From assembly GCA_964016885.1 (NCBI GenBank), contig OZ024745.1, forward strand, positions 116,374,001-116,438,000: a DNA stretch of 64,000 nucleotides, in the 5' to 3' direction. The notes beneath the pieces were generated by a model that saw only the letters and a program-made list of their open reading frames with translations, did no database searches and was not told where the DNA came from. The translations under genes were made by a program, and so were the position numbers. Below are positions 13,393 to 26,829 of this stretch, piece by piece. Within the stretch, counting starts at the first letter, position 1. Each line of letters starts with the position of its first letter. The DNA comes from Eledone cirrhosa. Lineage: Eukaryota.

Positions 13393-13717
13393 TAGATTAT
13401 AATTTTATTTTTCATTTTAGGCACCGTTAGCTGTAACTCACACGGTATGCAAATGAGGTGACTCAGTAGATGTCTACTTAAGAAAATACTATATATTTTC
13501 AACCATTCAACAGATTGGCAGAGGCATACAGTCCTGCTGAAGGGCAATGACCCAGAAACATGTTGATTGTTCCTCAATGCCAGTGTTGATTACAACACGA
13601 TGATCGCTCATCGGCACGGCACAGCTTTAATCGGGCCATCTGTTTACAAAGGAATCGATTATTATTATTAATATTCGATATAGTTCAAATCTATCATGGA
13701 ACTCAATGTATTCTATT

Positions 13718-13787
<70 letters not shown>

Positions 13788-13885
13788 TCCATATATATAT
13801 ATATATTCATTTAGGTTTGTTGGTTCACCACTGGATAGAACGGGTCATTCCGTATCGTCAACCTTGATGTAATATATATATCTAT

Positions 13886-13949
<64 letters not shown>

Positions 13950-14164
13950 TCTCGCCATAGCTCCGTTAATTTATGGTGATATTTCGCTCCTGATAACAGT
14001 AACCTCTCCCACTCTGTTTGGTTGAGCACACTTCTCTGAGTAGTTTGGGCTGCCTTTTCTAGCAGCTCGTCCCTCAGAGTCCACTGGTTGCTGCCCTGGA
14101 CACGCTGTGAATTTCTCTCTACCACGTGTGGCTGGACGGTCGCTTTAGGTTCTTTTAGTGTTGT
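13950..14164 (-). CDS. Candidate coding exon of an unidentified host gene (TTLKEPKATVQPHVVERNSQ...LLLSGAKYHHKLTELW)
   Basis: Strong catttcAG acceptor, ~70 open codons, GC-richer than flanks. Donor uncertain (GC or GTATAT near 13950). Confidence 0.45.
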
Positions 14165-14411
14165 CTGAAATGTATAGCCTTACACACGCTGATCAACCAT
14201 AAGCTAATCATTTCTGTCAACAAATTAGTTGGTGAAACATATCCTCTTGGATTTGTACGTGTGTGTTAGAGAGTTATCAAGGTACGCATTTGCACTTTGA
14301 CTTATACTTTTAATTATTGTGTGTCTATTTTGCCTTCCATGGGCTATAGATTCCATCCACTGATGGCGCACTATCTCTCTCTCTCTGGTGTGTTATCTTC
14401 TCTACATATGG

Positions 14412-14530
<119 letters not shown>

Positions 14531-14578
14531 AAATTGAAAAAGTGAAGAATAACATGGTCTCTCTCTCTCTCTCTCTCT

Positions 14579-14624
<46 letters not shown>

Positions 14625-14626
<2 letters not shown>

Positions 14627-14879
14627 CTCACTCGAAATGCAAATTAGGCTGCTCAGCCGTTAATATACATAAGGAAAGTATATACTTTCAAACGTTCAAT
14701 CATCTGACAGAAAGGTATACGATGCTGACGATAGCTAATAAGCTTGAAACTAGTACATCGTTCCTGTGTGAGTGTTGAACAAAAAGGCGACGATGGTTGC
14801 CGAGCAATGTACGGCGTAATTCGGGCTGTTTGTTTACAAACAAACCGAACTTGGTAATAAATGTTCGGTAAACCCATAC

Positions 14880-14882
<3 letters not shown>
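14625..14882 (+). mobile_element. HHR-bearing non-coding repeat (inverted homolog of the 19890-20145 and 20320-20512 units)
   Basis: Colinear reverse-complement similarity; flanked by (TA)n on both sides. Confidence 0.8.
14719..14761 (+). ncRNA. Minimal type I hammerhead ribozyme
   Basis: acgatg-CTGACGA-tagct aata agctt-GAAA-cta-GTA-catcgt; perfect 6-bp stem I, palindromic ACTAGT stem III. Confidence 0.8.
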
Positions 14883-14921
<39 letters not shown>

Positions 14922-15108
14922 TCATCTATGTATATATATACATACTAATGTACGTCTGTACACATATATGTAATTACGTATACATACTTATATTTATATA
15001 TATATATATATGCATACATTTAATATAAAAATCTCTTCTACGTGTCTAAAATCCAGAAAAGTGCGATTGAACCCGGGGCTCACGCACACACACAAATACA
15101 CACACACT

Positions 15109-15142
<34 letters not shown>

Positions 15143-15689
15143 CATATATGTGTCTGTTTGTGACTGCGACTGTGTGAGTGCACCTGTGTGTCAGTGTGCA
15201 TGCGTGTGTGTGTGTATGTGCAGGCGCGTAAGTGTGTCTTTGTGTGGGTTTGTTTAAATATCTGCTAAATGTATTGAAATTGTATTTCACTATAACTGCT
15301 TCAAATATTTTGGATTGAGACTCATAATAATATCAATATATAGGAAGATAATCAACATGTTCAGACTTCTGCTTGAAGTAAAGCCAGTAGATTTATGATT
15401 CAACGTCATTTGATGGACACTTTCCATTATTCTTCAGATTCTTCTTTCAATGTATTTTGGCTGATGTTCAAGATGTTCACCTGACTGTGTATATTTCTCA
15501 CTAACTACAGCATTTCTCTTACAAATCCTCTAACTAAACAATATAAAGATTTGATTTATTTCTAGAACACATTTTGTATGACATTTTCAAACGTTGTCAT
15601 ACGTTGGATATCATACCATAAATATCTTATGAGACACATGTCCTCCGGAAACCAACCCCCACTTAAAAAGCAAAAGATACTAAATCAGA

Positions 15690-15818
15690 TTCCTGGGAAA
15701 CACCTTCTCTATTCTGTCCGCCAGGGCTGTGGGACTCCATTTCCTCACTATACAGAGAGATATGAGCGATGACGATGGGAGCTCGGCTCTTCTGTGTTCG
15801 GACACATTGCACCTGTCA
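15690..15818 (+). mobile_element. 3' end of a CRE-like LINE
   Basis: Homologous to the reverse complement of 24928-25170. Confidence 0.55.
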
Positions 15819-16134
15819 AGAGTGCATGCACTATCATATATTTTGATTTCTATTAATTCCCTGGGAATTGGTCGACCAAATGTTTGTTTAATCTCTAAAT
15901 CAGCTGAGACGTTTTTTTTTATCATATATTCCCTTAAAAGAAAACTAAACAAACGAACAGCAACTACAAAAATAAACAACTGCTGTCTCCATTCTGTTCA
16001 TGTATTTCTAGTTCTGTATAGGAAATAGGAAGTAAAGTGATCTATGACATAATCTTTTGAAACACTGATTAGTTGCTACAACATGAAATATTCGAACCTA
16101 TAAATATTGAAGTTCTGTAACGATGACAAGTAAA

Positions 16135-16283
16135 AACCTAAAAATACCCCTCCAAAACCAGTGGTCGACTTGTCCGCCGAATATAAAATGTGGAAGTATG
16201 CGTGCTGCTTCACTTGAACTACAACTCAGAATTGTATGGTCGACCTATGAGCCGGATCGACTTGTACGCCGGCATACACGGTA
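16135..16283. mobile_element. Tc2/pogo-like DNA transposon terminus
   Basis: Ends in cgacttgtacgccggcatacacggTA with internal gtcgac repeats. Confidence 0.45.
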
Positions 16284-17061
16284 GATGTATTTTGTTCAAA
16301 ACGAATCTTAACAGCTATCAGAAAAGACATTAAGAAGCTTATAAATTGTCATATCATCATAGTAACTTTTTTATGCGGCTAATCGTGAGAACAGGAGCGC
16401 ACGAAATAGACAACTAAAAGGATACAATACTATTATCTATGGTCAAGAAAACAGCTACAAATCTGACTTCATAACCTCAGAATTAAAGGAACGCTTTGTA
16501 AGAAAGACATATTTCCTAAACATGATGTAATTAGAACATATTTATTAATAATAGTCAGTATTTTTTCTTCATAGTCAGTATTTTTTTTTCTAAATTTGTA
16601 TATTGCTTGTAATGTTTTTCCCGACTTATGTTGACAAGTTCCAAATAATTCTTTTTTTTTTATTAATTAAATTACCATAATTGGTAATTATTAATAGAGT
16701 TTCTAAATTGCAAAGATTGCAGTTTGGTGAAATGGAAGCGTTCCGATAGGAATCAGAAATTCTTTAGTTTACTCCAAGAAATTGAGTATTTAATATTCTT
16801 CTCTTTTAAAGACCATAATAATTGTGATAATGAAGTAGAAAATGTTTTATCTGGATTAGAGAAAGAATGTTTGTGATTGGAAAAGCGAAACTTAAAGTTC
16901 GATGAAGTGGCACCAATGTAGTTATAAGTATTATTATTATTTGTCTTAATGGTACATATATATACTAAATTATTGTCAAGGCAATTATTTTGTAAAGGGT
17001 ATCCAGATTTCCTTCTACAGTTACAAAGACCGTTGAGGTATGTTATACATCAATTCTGGAA

Positions 17062-17123
17062 TTCTATCTGACGAGGACGTACTGAAAAAACAGCACAGTA
17101 TCTTCGAAATATATATAATAAAA
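17062..17123 (+). ncRNA. Minimal type I hammerhead ribozyme
   Basis: ttctat-CTGACGA-ggacgtactg..cagtatcttc (9/10 paired)-GAAA-tatat-ATA-ataaaa. Confidence 0.6.
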
Positions 17124-17863
17124 CATATATTTTGATTATGTGAATGTCTTAATTTATTAATATTTTGAATAATATTAATAACTCCAGAAAACTTCTTTGT
17201 AGAGTGCTTTTAATCTATTGTAAAACTATATTCATTGAGTAATCAATGAACCATATTAATCTTTGGTATGAACCATATTAATCTTTGGTTATATATATAT
17301 ATATATGGTAATGATGATTCTGTGAGGACGGGTAAAATTCCAGAGTAACAAACTCATCACGTGACCATTAGAAGGCATCTCTCTCTCTCTCTCCCTCACA
17401 CACACTCTCTCTCTCTCTCTCACTTTCTCTCAAGATAGATATATAGTATATATGCATGCATGAAGGTAATTATGTATGTGTATGTCTGTATGTGTATGGA
17501 GATGGAAAAAGGGAGGTAAAAACCAAACACATCGCTTAGCAGAATTCATTTTATTTATTTGAATATATATCTCCGTTTTTGTGATTATTTTCATTTTCAT
17601 ATTGTTACATTGGGGATATGAACGCTAGGACCTTAGGCTATACCTTTATACTATAATGATAACAGTATATTTCAAAGATCCTATTATTTTAGAGTCGTGT
17701 TGTGAAAACGAAAGTAATAAAGTTTAAAGGATATTGAGATATATTTTAGTATTAGTCAAATTTCGTGTATACGTTTATATAGTCGGATGAATGTAGAAGC
17801 ATCTACAAAGGCAATATTAACTAAAATTGCTCAAACTATTTGTAAGACAAACCGATCTTAGAA

Positions 17864-18131
17864 CAGCCATGGGCACCTATGGCTGGCCTAAGTCACCTAA
17901 GTGAAATCTTTCTGATTTTTTAACCCCAACTTTATAGTCGTAATTTATCTTTCTATCATTTTTACGATCGAGGAAAACAACTGTACGAATTCTGAAGAAA
18001 CAAATTAAAACAACCTGAGTTACTGGCCCTTTTTTAATGTGCGAACGAATGTAAATTAGCGCTTCAGGCCCGCCTGATGATGAGCCATATCTCTTTGTGG
18101 CCCGATTCTCGAAAAAAGTTGCCCATGTCTG
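17864..18131. mobile_element. hAT-type MITE
   Basis: TIRs cagccatgggca / tgcccatgtctg and 8-bp TSD tcttagaa / tcttagat. Confidence 0.75.
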
Positions 18132-18461
18132 TCTTAGATAGTCGACCACTAGAGTATTTATATTGAATGAGTTTGTTCACGTAGATTACAAACGAAATAT
18201 AATTGTGCTATATTTAGGAAAAGAGTCAAAGTGTCTGAAAATTATTTCATACGTTGTAAGCATCGAGACAATCATAAAGCTATATGTGTACATTGTTGTT
18301 TATACGTGTATTAATATATATTTATAATGTGCGTACAGACAAGTGTAGGGTCACCCAATAGAAAAGAGCGAACAACACATAATGTGGAAGAGGAGAGTAT
18401 ATATGTTAACAGTTTGTCTTATTTCCGCATGAATAACAATTTCCAATGTTTTATTATGTAT

Positions 18462-18648
18462 AGGGTGTATTGGCAGTATCGATAGAGCGTCAGACACCAT
18501 GCTTTGCAGCATAGAGTTATGTCCCTTTACGTTCTGAGTTAAAATCCCGCCGAGGTTAACTTTGCCTTACATCCTTACGGGGTCGATAAAATAAAGTACC
18601 AGTAATACACTGGAGTAATTGCTGGGCTTGTGCCAAAAGTAGAAACAA
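18462..18648 (+). mobile_element. SINE family A
   Basis: TSD ttattatgtat. Confidence 0.9.
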
Positions 18649-18724
18649 TTATTATGTATGCATATTGCTTTGTATAATGTTTGGACCCCCACTATATCAT
18701 GCTTTATAAATAAATAATATTATG

Positions 18725-19295
18725 ATGACATTTTTGGACAGGCTCATGATATCGTTAACATCTTCCATGTTTATTCTGCAGACTCTGCAACTGTTGACCC
18801 ATATAGGTGTTTTGCCTGCAACTCTCTTTCTTTCGAGCATCAAGTATTTCCTTGTAATTTCCTGTTCTTGGATTGCAAAACCATATCCTTCAAAGTGAAA
18901 ATCAACATTCGGTCAAAGATAGACTAGTGTGCTTATCTATATTCCTCTTAATTCGAAGCTTTATAGCTGATAATTATGCAACTTTTCATCTATGGATCCA
19001 TTGCGATATAACTGTGTAATTTCACTGGGTGTGAGGTTCTGGGTGTGAGGTTCTACAGGGAATATTTCTCGAGGAGCTCCTTTCCAACACCCATGATCCT
19101 ATCTGCCTCATGTAGCAAGACTAGTTCAATAGATCGGCTTCTATGCTTAGTGGTTCGTAGATGTTGCCGCAGGGATATGATGCGATAATCAAATGCTGTT
19201 TTGATTGACGTGAAGCCTAAGCCTTTTTGTGTTACGCTGAAAATCTCGGTGAAAGTTTCCATAAGAGTACGCCTGTCTGTGGAATACTCATCCTG
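18725..19295 (-). mobile_element. R4/Dong-like LINE fragment
   Basis: KGLGFTSIKTAFD...GYGFAIQEQEITRKY...CRVC on the minus strand. Confidence 0.65.
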
Positions 19296-19461
19296 TTGAT
19301 TTCACGAACATATTATTCTATTGATCCAACTATCTGGTACAGTCATCGTAGTAAGCGACGGAGTGCCAGTTACATACATGTAGCAGTCCTCGTTAGAAAC
19401 TGGTGAAACAGACAGGCCACTGATAGAAATGTCGCTAGATTCGGTTGTAAGTATGTAAATT

Positions 19462-19501
<40 letters not shown>

Positions 19502-19524
19502 AATTTATATATATATATATATAT

Positions 19525-19583
<59 letters not shown>

Positions 19584-19726
19584 TGTGTGCTAAGTATTTC
19601 CGTAGGTAAAGGAAAGAAAAGTGCTATATGTATAGTACATTTTTTTTTTCGTGTGTATATACATGTACGTATGCATGTGTATGCATGTGTATATATATTG
19701 TCTACATATACCTATATGTGTGTGTA

Positions 19727-19800
<74 letters not shown>

Positions 19801-20004
19801 AGTATGTATACGTACATACATATATGTATACAGACGTAAAGTAGTATGTATATATATATACATACATGCACACACATATATATGTACGTATGGATTCACC
19901 GAACATTTATTATAATGCTCGGTGTATTTGTAAACAAACATCCCGAATTAGCCGTACAGTGTCTAGCAACCATCGTTGCTCATTTGTTCACCACTGACAA
20001 AGGA

Positions 20005-20047
20005 ATGCTGTACTAGTTTCAAGCTTATTAGCTTTCGTCAGCAACGT
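20005..20047 (-). ncRNA. Minimal type I hammerhead ribozyme
   Basis: acgttg-CTGACGA-aagct aata agctt-GAAA-cta-GTA-cagcat. Confidence 0.75.
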
Positions 20048-20435
20048 ATACATTCATGCCAGATGGTTGAATGTCTGAAAGTATATACTTTCCTTATGCA
20101 TATTAACGGCTGAGCAGCCTAATTTTTATATATCGAGTGAGTTAATGGGCCAGGGTACCGAAAACGATAAACGGAAAAAATGAAACGAAATTTCATTTCT
20201 CACTCTTAGTACGGCTGTTACTTAAATATAAGAATGTATACGTACATACATATATGTATACAGACGTACAGTAGTATGTATATATATATACATACATGCA
20301 CACATATATATATATGTACGTATTGATTCACCGAACATTTATTATAATGCTCGGTGTGTTTGTAAACAGTCATCCCGAATTAAGCCGTAGTGTCTAGCAA
20401 CCATCGTTGCTCATTGGTTCAACACTGACAAAGGA

Positions 20436-20478
20436 ACGCTGTACTAGTTTCAAGCTTAATAGCTATCGTCAGCAACGT
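20436..20478 (-). ncRNA. Minimal type I hammerhead ribozyme
   Basis: acgttg-CTGACGA-tagct atta agctt-GAAA-cta-GTA-cagcgt. Confidence 0.75.
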
Positions 20479-21094
20479 ATACCTTCCTGCCAGATGGTTG
20501 AACGTCTGAAAGTCTTTAAGTTCCTCAAGGATTCGTAAAGACTAGTTACTTTTGAAATATATTTACGGGTTCGTTCATATTTCCGTCGTAGATGGAACTT
20601 CATACCACGGTTAAGATTGATTTGAAAGTATTTGAATACTGCGTTGTTAGAGTACAACAGTAGACATCTTCGAAATTCTGCTCGTTGGTTCTAACCTCAT
20701 AAATTCTACTAAGATTTTTATGCAAGTTATTATGGTTTCGTCTGAAATGTCTTCGAGCATTGTGAGAATATATTATAATACTTTTTGTTAGTTACTGACT
20801 TTTTGGTGTCTTTCCAATAAGTAGAATTTCCTCCTGTATGACTTGTTAAATATCCTGTATATCTCTATATTTGTAGTATTCAAATAGATGTTTCCGGAAT
20901 TATGTATTATATATTTCGTTTCATCGTGCAATTTTACGTTAGTGAATACGAGATAATGTTTTCCTTTTAACAATCATTAATAATTTCTCGAGAGCGTTTT
21001 CTCTTTGTCTATCGTACTTTTTCACACCTCCGCATACTAAGTATTATGTATTTTCTATCTGATAAGAATATTCCCTGGTTCGCCGAGTTATATG

Positions 21095-21171
<77 letters not shown>

Positions 21172-21177
21172 GTGTGC

Positions 21178-21214
<37 letters not shown>

Positions 21215-21229
21215 CGTGTGTGTGTGTAT

Positions 21230-21287
<58 letters not shown>

Positions 21288-21342
21288 GTGGGGATGGGTG
21301 TGTGGGTGTACCTGAGTGTGTGTGTGTGTGTACGCATGTATT

Positions 21343-21445
<103 letters not shown>

Positions 21446-22373
21446 GGGAGTGCACTTACTTATATAGTGCTGTTGGTGTTCCTTTTGCAAACGTCTCTGT
21501 TTATTAAAAACAAATATAACTTGTATGAACATTTCTCTCTGAGTTTGCATATCAATCATTTATACTGCTTCTCCCTTCATACCCCCTCTCTCTCCTCTCT
21601 CTCTCTATCTATCTATCTATCTATCTATCCCCCATCGCTCTCGCTTGTTTTCTCTCCTTGTAAAATTTCATTGCTACGTTTTACATGTAAATCAATACTT
21701 AATGTATAGTATACATGATTTACGGGCGGCCATGTTTTATGGTAAAGTATCAAATTCGTATGATATATTAAATATGTACATATTTCAAAAATATTTGCTT
21801 CACAAATAAGTATAGCACTTAATAAACTTGTGAACTTATAGATTTACATTTAAAAACATGTTCCTCTCAATACTAGAGAAACAGAACATTTCACTTTATG
21901 ATATTAAACATTAACTTATAGATTTTATTTATAGAGAAACTTGGAGGGGCGTGAGAGTCTCAGAGAGAAGGCGTTGTCACATTTATCCCTATATTCTGCG
22001 TTCAAATCATGTGCGCGTTTACTTCACCTTTTTCCTCTTCATCTTTTAGGGTTGGACAATGAAATGAATACGACAGTGCTGGTGTATCCTCTCCTCCTCT
22101 CAGTCCCTGCTGGTTGAAGGATAGTAAGGCTAAGACAGTCACAATGTGTGGTCACTACAACACGAGTATGATACATGCTACCTCATTATTCTCGGTTGTG
22201 AGTGATGACATTAATTATATATAGAATATTTCAAGTTTTTTTCAAATCTATCCACCTAACCTAGAGCTAATGAGAAATATATGCTAACATTTAGATACTA
22301 AATGCGGAAGTGATGTGTCTTTTAGATAATTGAATATTAGAGGAGTTATTCCTGTCTGTCTGTCCAATTCGTT

Positions 22374-22444
22374 TATATAGAGTAAGTTAACCATCTTTTA
22401 TATAGAGTAAGTTAACCATCGTTTAAATAGAGTAAGTTAACCAG
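22374..22444. repeat. ~25-bp tandem repeat x3
   Basis: atagagtaagttaacca x3. Confidence 0.85.
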
Positions 22445-23010
22445 CCATAACTTTGCCGTCATTGAAGGTATGTAACCTAAGAAACATCTATCACTTTACA
22501 GCTGTATGTATATCGTCAACTGAGTCAAGTGTATAGTAAAGGCCCACATTATAGTGCCTTGCTACAAGACAGGGTGTTAGTATATATCTTGGACATACGT
22601 TTCTGTTACGAATTAACTAAATAGAGAAATCAACTGAACCACCATCTGCAAAATTAAATGAATTAGTTTGATTGATACACTTCCTAAGAAGGAACACTTT
22701 TCTTCGCCGTGAAAATACGTTTATGCAATATGTCATCCACACAATTTCTTTACAATATATGTTAAATTTGGTATTAATAATCTAAATGGAGCATAACACG
22801 AAATGTATAAGTATTTTCTATGTAGAATAGTATGTAACTCGTTAATGTAATTACATGATATATATGGAATGAGTTTAATGTAAGAGATCATATGTATATC
22901 TAACCGTTTATCGCTGTGTAAATATTAGTAAACCCCAGCTGAATGTTAATACGTCCTTCATTCAGTTTTAACAAAACTACGTATTTTTTATCGTATTAAA
23001 TCAAATAATT

Positions 23011-23187
23011 GTTTCTACTTTTGGCACAAGGCCAGCAATTAACCAGTACATTACTGGTACTTTATTTTATCGACCCCGTAAGGATGAAAGGCAAAGTTAA
23101 CCTCGACGGGATTTGAACCGAAATAGGACGTAACTATGCTAGAAAGCATGACGTCCAACCCTCTACCGATACTGCCAAAACGCCGCC
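23011..23187 (-). mobile_element. SINE family A
   Basis: TSD attaaatcaaataatt. Confidence 0.9.
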
Positions 23188-23647
23188 ATTAAATCAAATA
23201 ATTTAACTAAATCAAATAATGTAACTTAAATCAAATAATGTAACTAAAACTAATATGAAATTAGTGTATTCAATATCTTAAAATAACATTATCAAGCAGA
23301 ACGGAAGAATGCAGAAATTAAATAGTCAAGCTACAAAGGAAAATTAGGAAAATGTCAAAATGTTACCATTATCAGTAAAAGTGATCTAATTAATATAATT
23401 AAAATGTGCGCTTTTTGTTAAGGTGACATAATGTGATTATAATGGCGCTGTATTGATTGAATAAATTCCAATTCTACGGAAAACATTAGAATGTATAAAT
23501 AATTCTAATCACTGCATATATTGAATTAGAATCTAGTCATATTTCTCAACATAAAACGAAGTATTAAACACTTGATATAACTGTAGAAAAATATACTACA
23601 GTTGCTTTCTTATTTTCATGAATATTAAAGTATCGCTTGTAATTAAT

Positions 23648-23825
23648 TGTTTCTACTTTTTGGCACAAGGCCAGCAATTACCCAGTGGATTACTGGTACT
23701 TTATTTTATCGACCACGTAAGGATGAAAGGCAAAGTTAACCTCGGCAGGGTTTGAACTCAGAATGGCAAGGGCCGTAACTCTATGCGTCAAAGCATGGCG
23801 TCCGACCCTCTACTGATACTGCCAA
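23648..23825 (-). mobile_element. SINE family A
   Basis: TSD cttgtaattaat. Confidence 0.9.
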
Positions 23826-24010
23826 CTTGTAATTAATGTAGATAAAATATATGCTCTTTTATCAATCTTATTGAAATTAACATATCAAACAAATATATAT
23901 TTCATACACCCCATTATTTCTTTACATAGTTACGCAATGCTACATTTATCTTTGATGGAAATGGAGTGGAGTAGTGTAATTCCCGTCTCTCTCTCTCTCT
24001 TTCTCCCCAC

Positions 24011-24052
<42 letters not shown>

Positions 24053-24569
24053 CTCTATCTCTCTCTCTCTGCGGCCTTTACAATGATGAATGGTTCAAGA
24101 CTAGAAAGAGAAAGCTGTCTCTGATACAAATGCAAACTCAAGTGGTATAATGCCCATAATTATCTGTATATCTTTCTGTATAAACACAAGCAGCAGGACA
24201 GAAGCACTCCCGTTCAAGATTAAATACACAGACCCACACTGATCGATACAACTGCATAATTTCCCGGGCACTTGCTTCTAAATAAACTTGAACATTGATA
24301 AAAATACACAGCATGTGAACTGAACAAAAGGAATGAAGGAGGAGAGGAAAGGAAAATGAAAGAAAATGGACAGAAAAGCTAAAAGAAGGTATTCGAAGGG
24401 AAGAAAACAGAAACTAATAGATCCTATACAACAGGGTAGCGTGGTAGAACAGCTTGGAAATGTATCTGTAGAAGTACAAATATAAGGCACGAATTCACAA
24501 ACCCATTTATACACAGACACACACGTTGATTGTGCTTTGTTGCTACTCTGAGTAGAAGCTCCTCATCTT

Positions 24570-25480
24570 GTCTAAATCTCATTTCGGAGTTCAGCTTAGA
24601 TGTAGCTTGAACGTTTGCCATCTATAACGGAAACAGACCTCAATGATGGATATGTGTTCGGATGACTTGGATACGACTTTTCGTATCAACGAATATACTT
24701 TGAGCAGCGACTTTGGGAGATATTTCTAATTCAAACACTACACTATTGCGTTACCTGTTCGAGACGATATCTACAGGCACGGAGTTGCCAGCTACTGAAA
24801 TATTCCAAGATACAGATGGGATGAGGAACACTCTTGGTCACTATCATTCAGAGATCATACATTGAAGATTTGGGCGTATCTCAAACAGTCTAGTGGAGCA
24901 GCGTGCTATGGCAAATAAGGGTCCACATGACAGATGCAATGTCTCCGAACACGGAAGAGCCGAACTCCCACTGTCATCGCCTCCATCTTTCTCCCCCTTC
25001 GGCATCTTTCTGTATAGTGAGCAAATGGGGTCCCACGTGCTGGCCGCCCCACAACCCCGGCGGACAGAATAGAGAAGGTGTTTCTCCCGAGGATTGTAAG
25101 GGAGATGCGCTGGAAGAGCCATTCATTCTCACGAGGCTCACACAAGGGGTTGCCCTACGCAGCGCCTATGGGGGTTAGTAGGGAGGTAGCCCTAAGGCGT
25201 AGGACACCAGGGCACGACCGCAAACCTGTCGAAAGGCGTTGTTATCAGATTTAGAAAAGATCTGTCTATCGATCAAGTCTTCTGTTAGGTGTCTATTGTG
25301 AAATATGTTGTTTGGTGGATATGCGGAAATAGTTTGAGGACAGCGATATTCCCCACCGGTCAAGCAACACCTTCTTCGTGTACCATATGAAGAACAAATT
25401 GGGATTAAAAAGTGGGGGGAGCCGCTGCCATCTAGTGTTTTCCTCAAAAGGTAGCTGAGACTAGACATTTCTAAAGAGGA
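24570..25480 (+). mobile_element. Degraded Tx1/L1-like LINE 3' region, interrupted
   Basis: ALPVRDDIYRHG...DLWAYL-like...KYVVWW remnants; similar in type to 26085-26820. Confidence 0.5.
24928..25170 (-). mobile_element. 3' end of a CRE-like (RLE) LINE
   Basis: EPRENEWLFQRISLTILGRNTFSILS resembles the CRE-clade C-terminal 'PRE..LFQRIS.A.QRGN...IL' motif. Confidence 0.6.
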
Positions 25481-25825
25481 GGCGAAAAGAACGTGAGGGG
25501 CAAATTCTAATGTCTGTGATGTGACACATTAATCCGGGTTTATTCTGCAAAGTGTTGTTCCGAAATATCCAAGGTGATCTCCACAACCTTCCTGCGGGAA
25601 TCTTTCTTACTTTTGTTCTTTAGTTTTACATTTATATTTTTGAAGGTTTGGATTCTTTTTTATATTTTTCACACTCAATATTATGTGAAATGTTGTGCTT
25701 TTACTTTCCTAAACGCCTTGGGAACTTCGTGGCATATAAACGAAATGGCCATCAACACCAGCAACAACATCGTCAACAGCATCATCATCGTCCCAATTAT
25801 CATAATCATTATTATCGGTATCACC

Positions 25826-26009
25826 TGTGAATTGACAGTATCGGTAAAGGGTCGGACGTCATGCTTTGCAGCATAGAGTTAGGGCCATTTATGGTCTGAG
25901 TTCAAATCCCGCCGAGGTTAACTTTGTCTTTCATCCTTACGGGGTCGATAAAATAAAGTACCAGTAATGCACTGAGATAATTGCTGGCCTTGTTCCAAAA
26001 GTAGAAACC
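25826..26009 (+). mobile_element. SINE family A
   Basis: Imperfect TSD attattatcggtatcac / attactatcggcatcac. Confidence 0.9.
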
Positions 26010-26084
26010 ATTACTATCGGCATCACTATCATCATCATCACCTTTATTATTATTATTCGGAATGTCTTCAAGCACTCACAACTC

Positions 26085-26820
26085 ACAGACCATGCGATCG
26101 GTAGAAACTCCACACCAGCGTTCTATAGAGGGTTCCTGGCGAGAAAAAAAGACGACGACGTTCTTGGCAAGACGCTGCACTTTCAGGAAAATCACTTAGC
26201 AACTCTTTTCCAGAGGACTTTCGATCCAGGGCCCATGGATATCTTCCAGAAATGTCTTGCTTGGCAGTGCATTCTACAAGCATGGATGTGTCGTCAGTGA
26301 AGCCTGTCCTGCACGCATTTATCTAGTGTCTAAGTATTGCTGACTCGTGGGTTTATATAGAACACATGCTGTCACCTGTGGGGCAGATCTGTCTATCAAC
26401 CGAGTCCATTGTGAAGGTCGCCCCACTCTCCTTTAAAGGTGAGGAACAGGCAGTTTTTTTCTATACCTGGAGGCAATCACTAAAGATGTCATATGGTTGT
26501 CGCGTTTGATAGCGTTTAAGCCAAGCACTTTTCTTATCGGTGAAGCCCCAATTAACTTTTTCAGGTTTCACTTCAAGAGGAAAATCAGGATGGAAGGGGA
26601 AATGCTGCCTTCCAATCAGTTTGTTTAAAGGTGAGTGAGAGTGGCAAGGACAGTCTTAATGAATGGGCCTGCCATGTGTATGTGCCTGTAGATTGGAGGA
26701 ACAACTGGGAGGAGGTACTTGCCCAATTGACCAAGATGACCGTGGCTTGCCGTGGACTTTCTCACGTTGCAAGGACATTTACAACAGTAAATGTCCTTGC
26801 AAAGTTTTTAATTTGATACT
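26085..26820 (+). mobile_element. Tx1/L1-like LINE 3' ORF2 fragment
   Basis: TPAFYRGFL...TFDPGPMDIFQKCLAWQC...VLHAFI*C..IADSWVYIE (zf-RVT-like region). Confidence 0.65.
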
Positions 26821-26829
26821 TCCCTTTCT

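Larger units (their letters stand above)
19803..20512 (-). repeat. Tandem duplication (period ~431 bp) with one HHR per unit
   Basis: The unit restarts at ~20233; HHRs at 20005-20047 and 20436-20478. Confidence 0.85.

Noticed and set aside
15410-15445. Minus-strand CTGAAGA-ataatg-GAAA-gt-GTC
   Set aside because: No stems; probably chance.
18074-18120. CTGATGA...GAAA
   Set aside because: Lies in the hAT MITE terminus and has no stem I or stem III.
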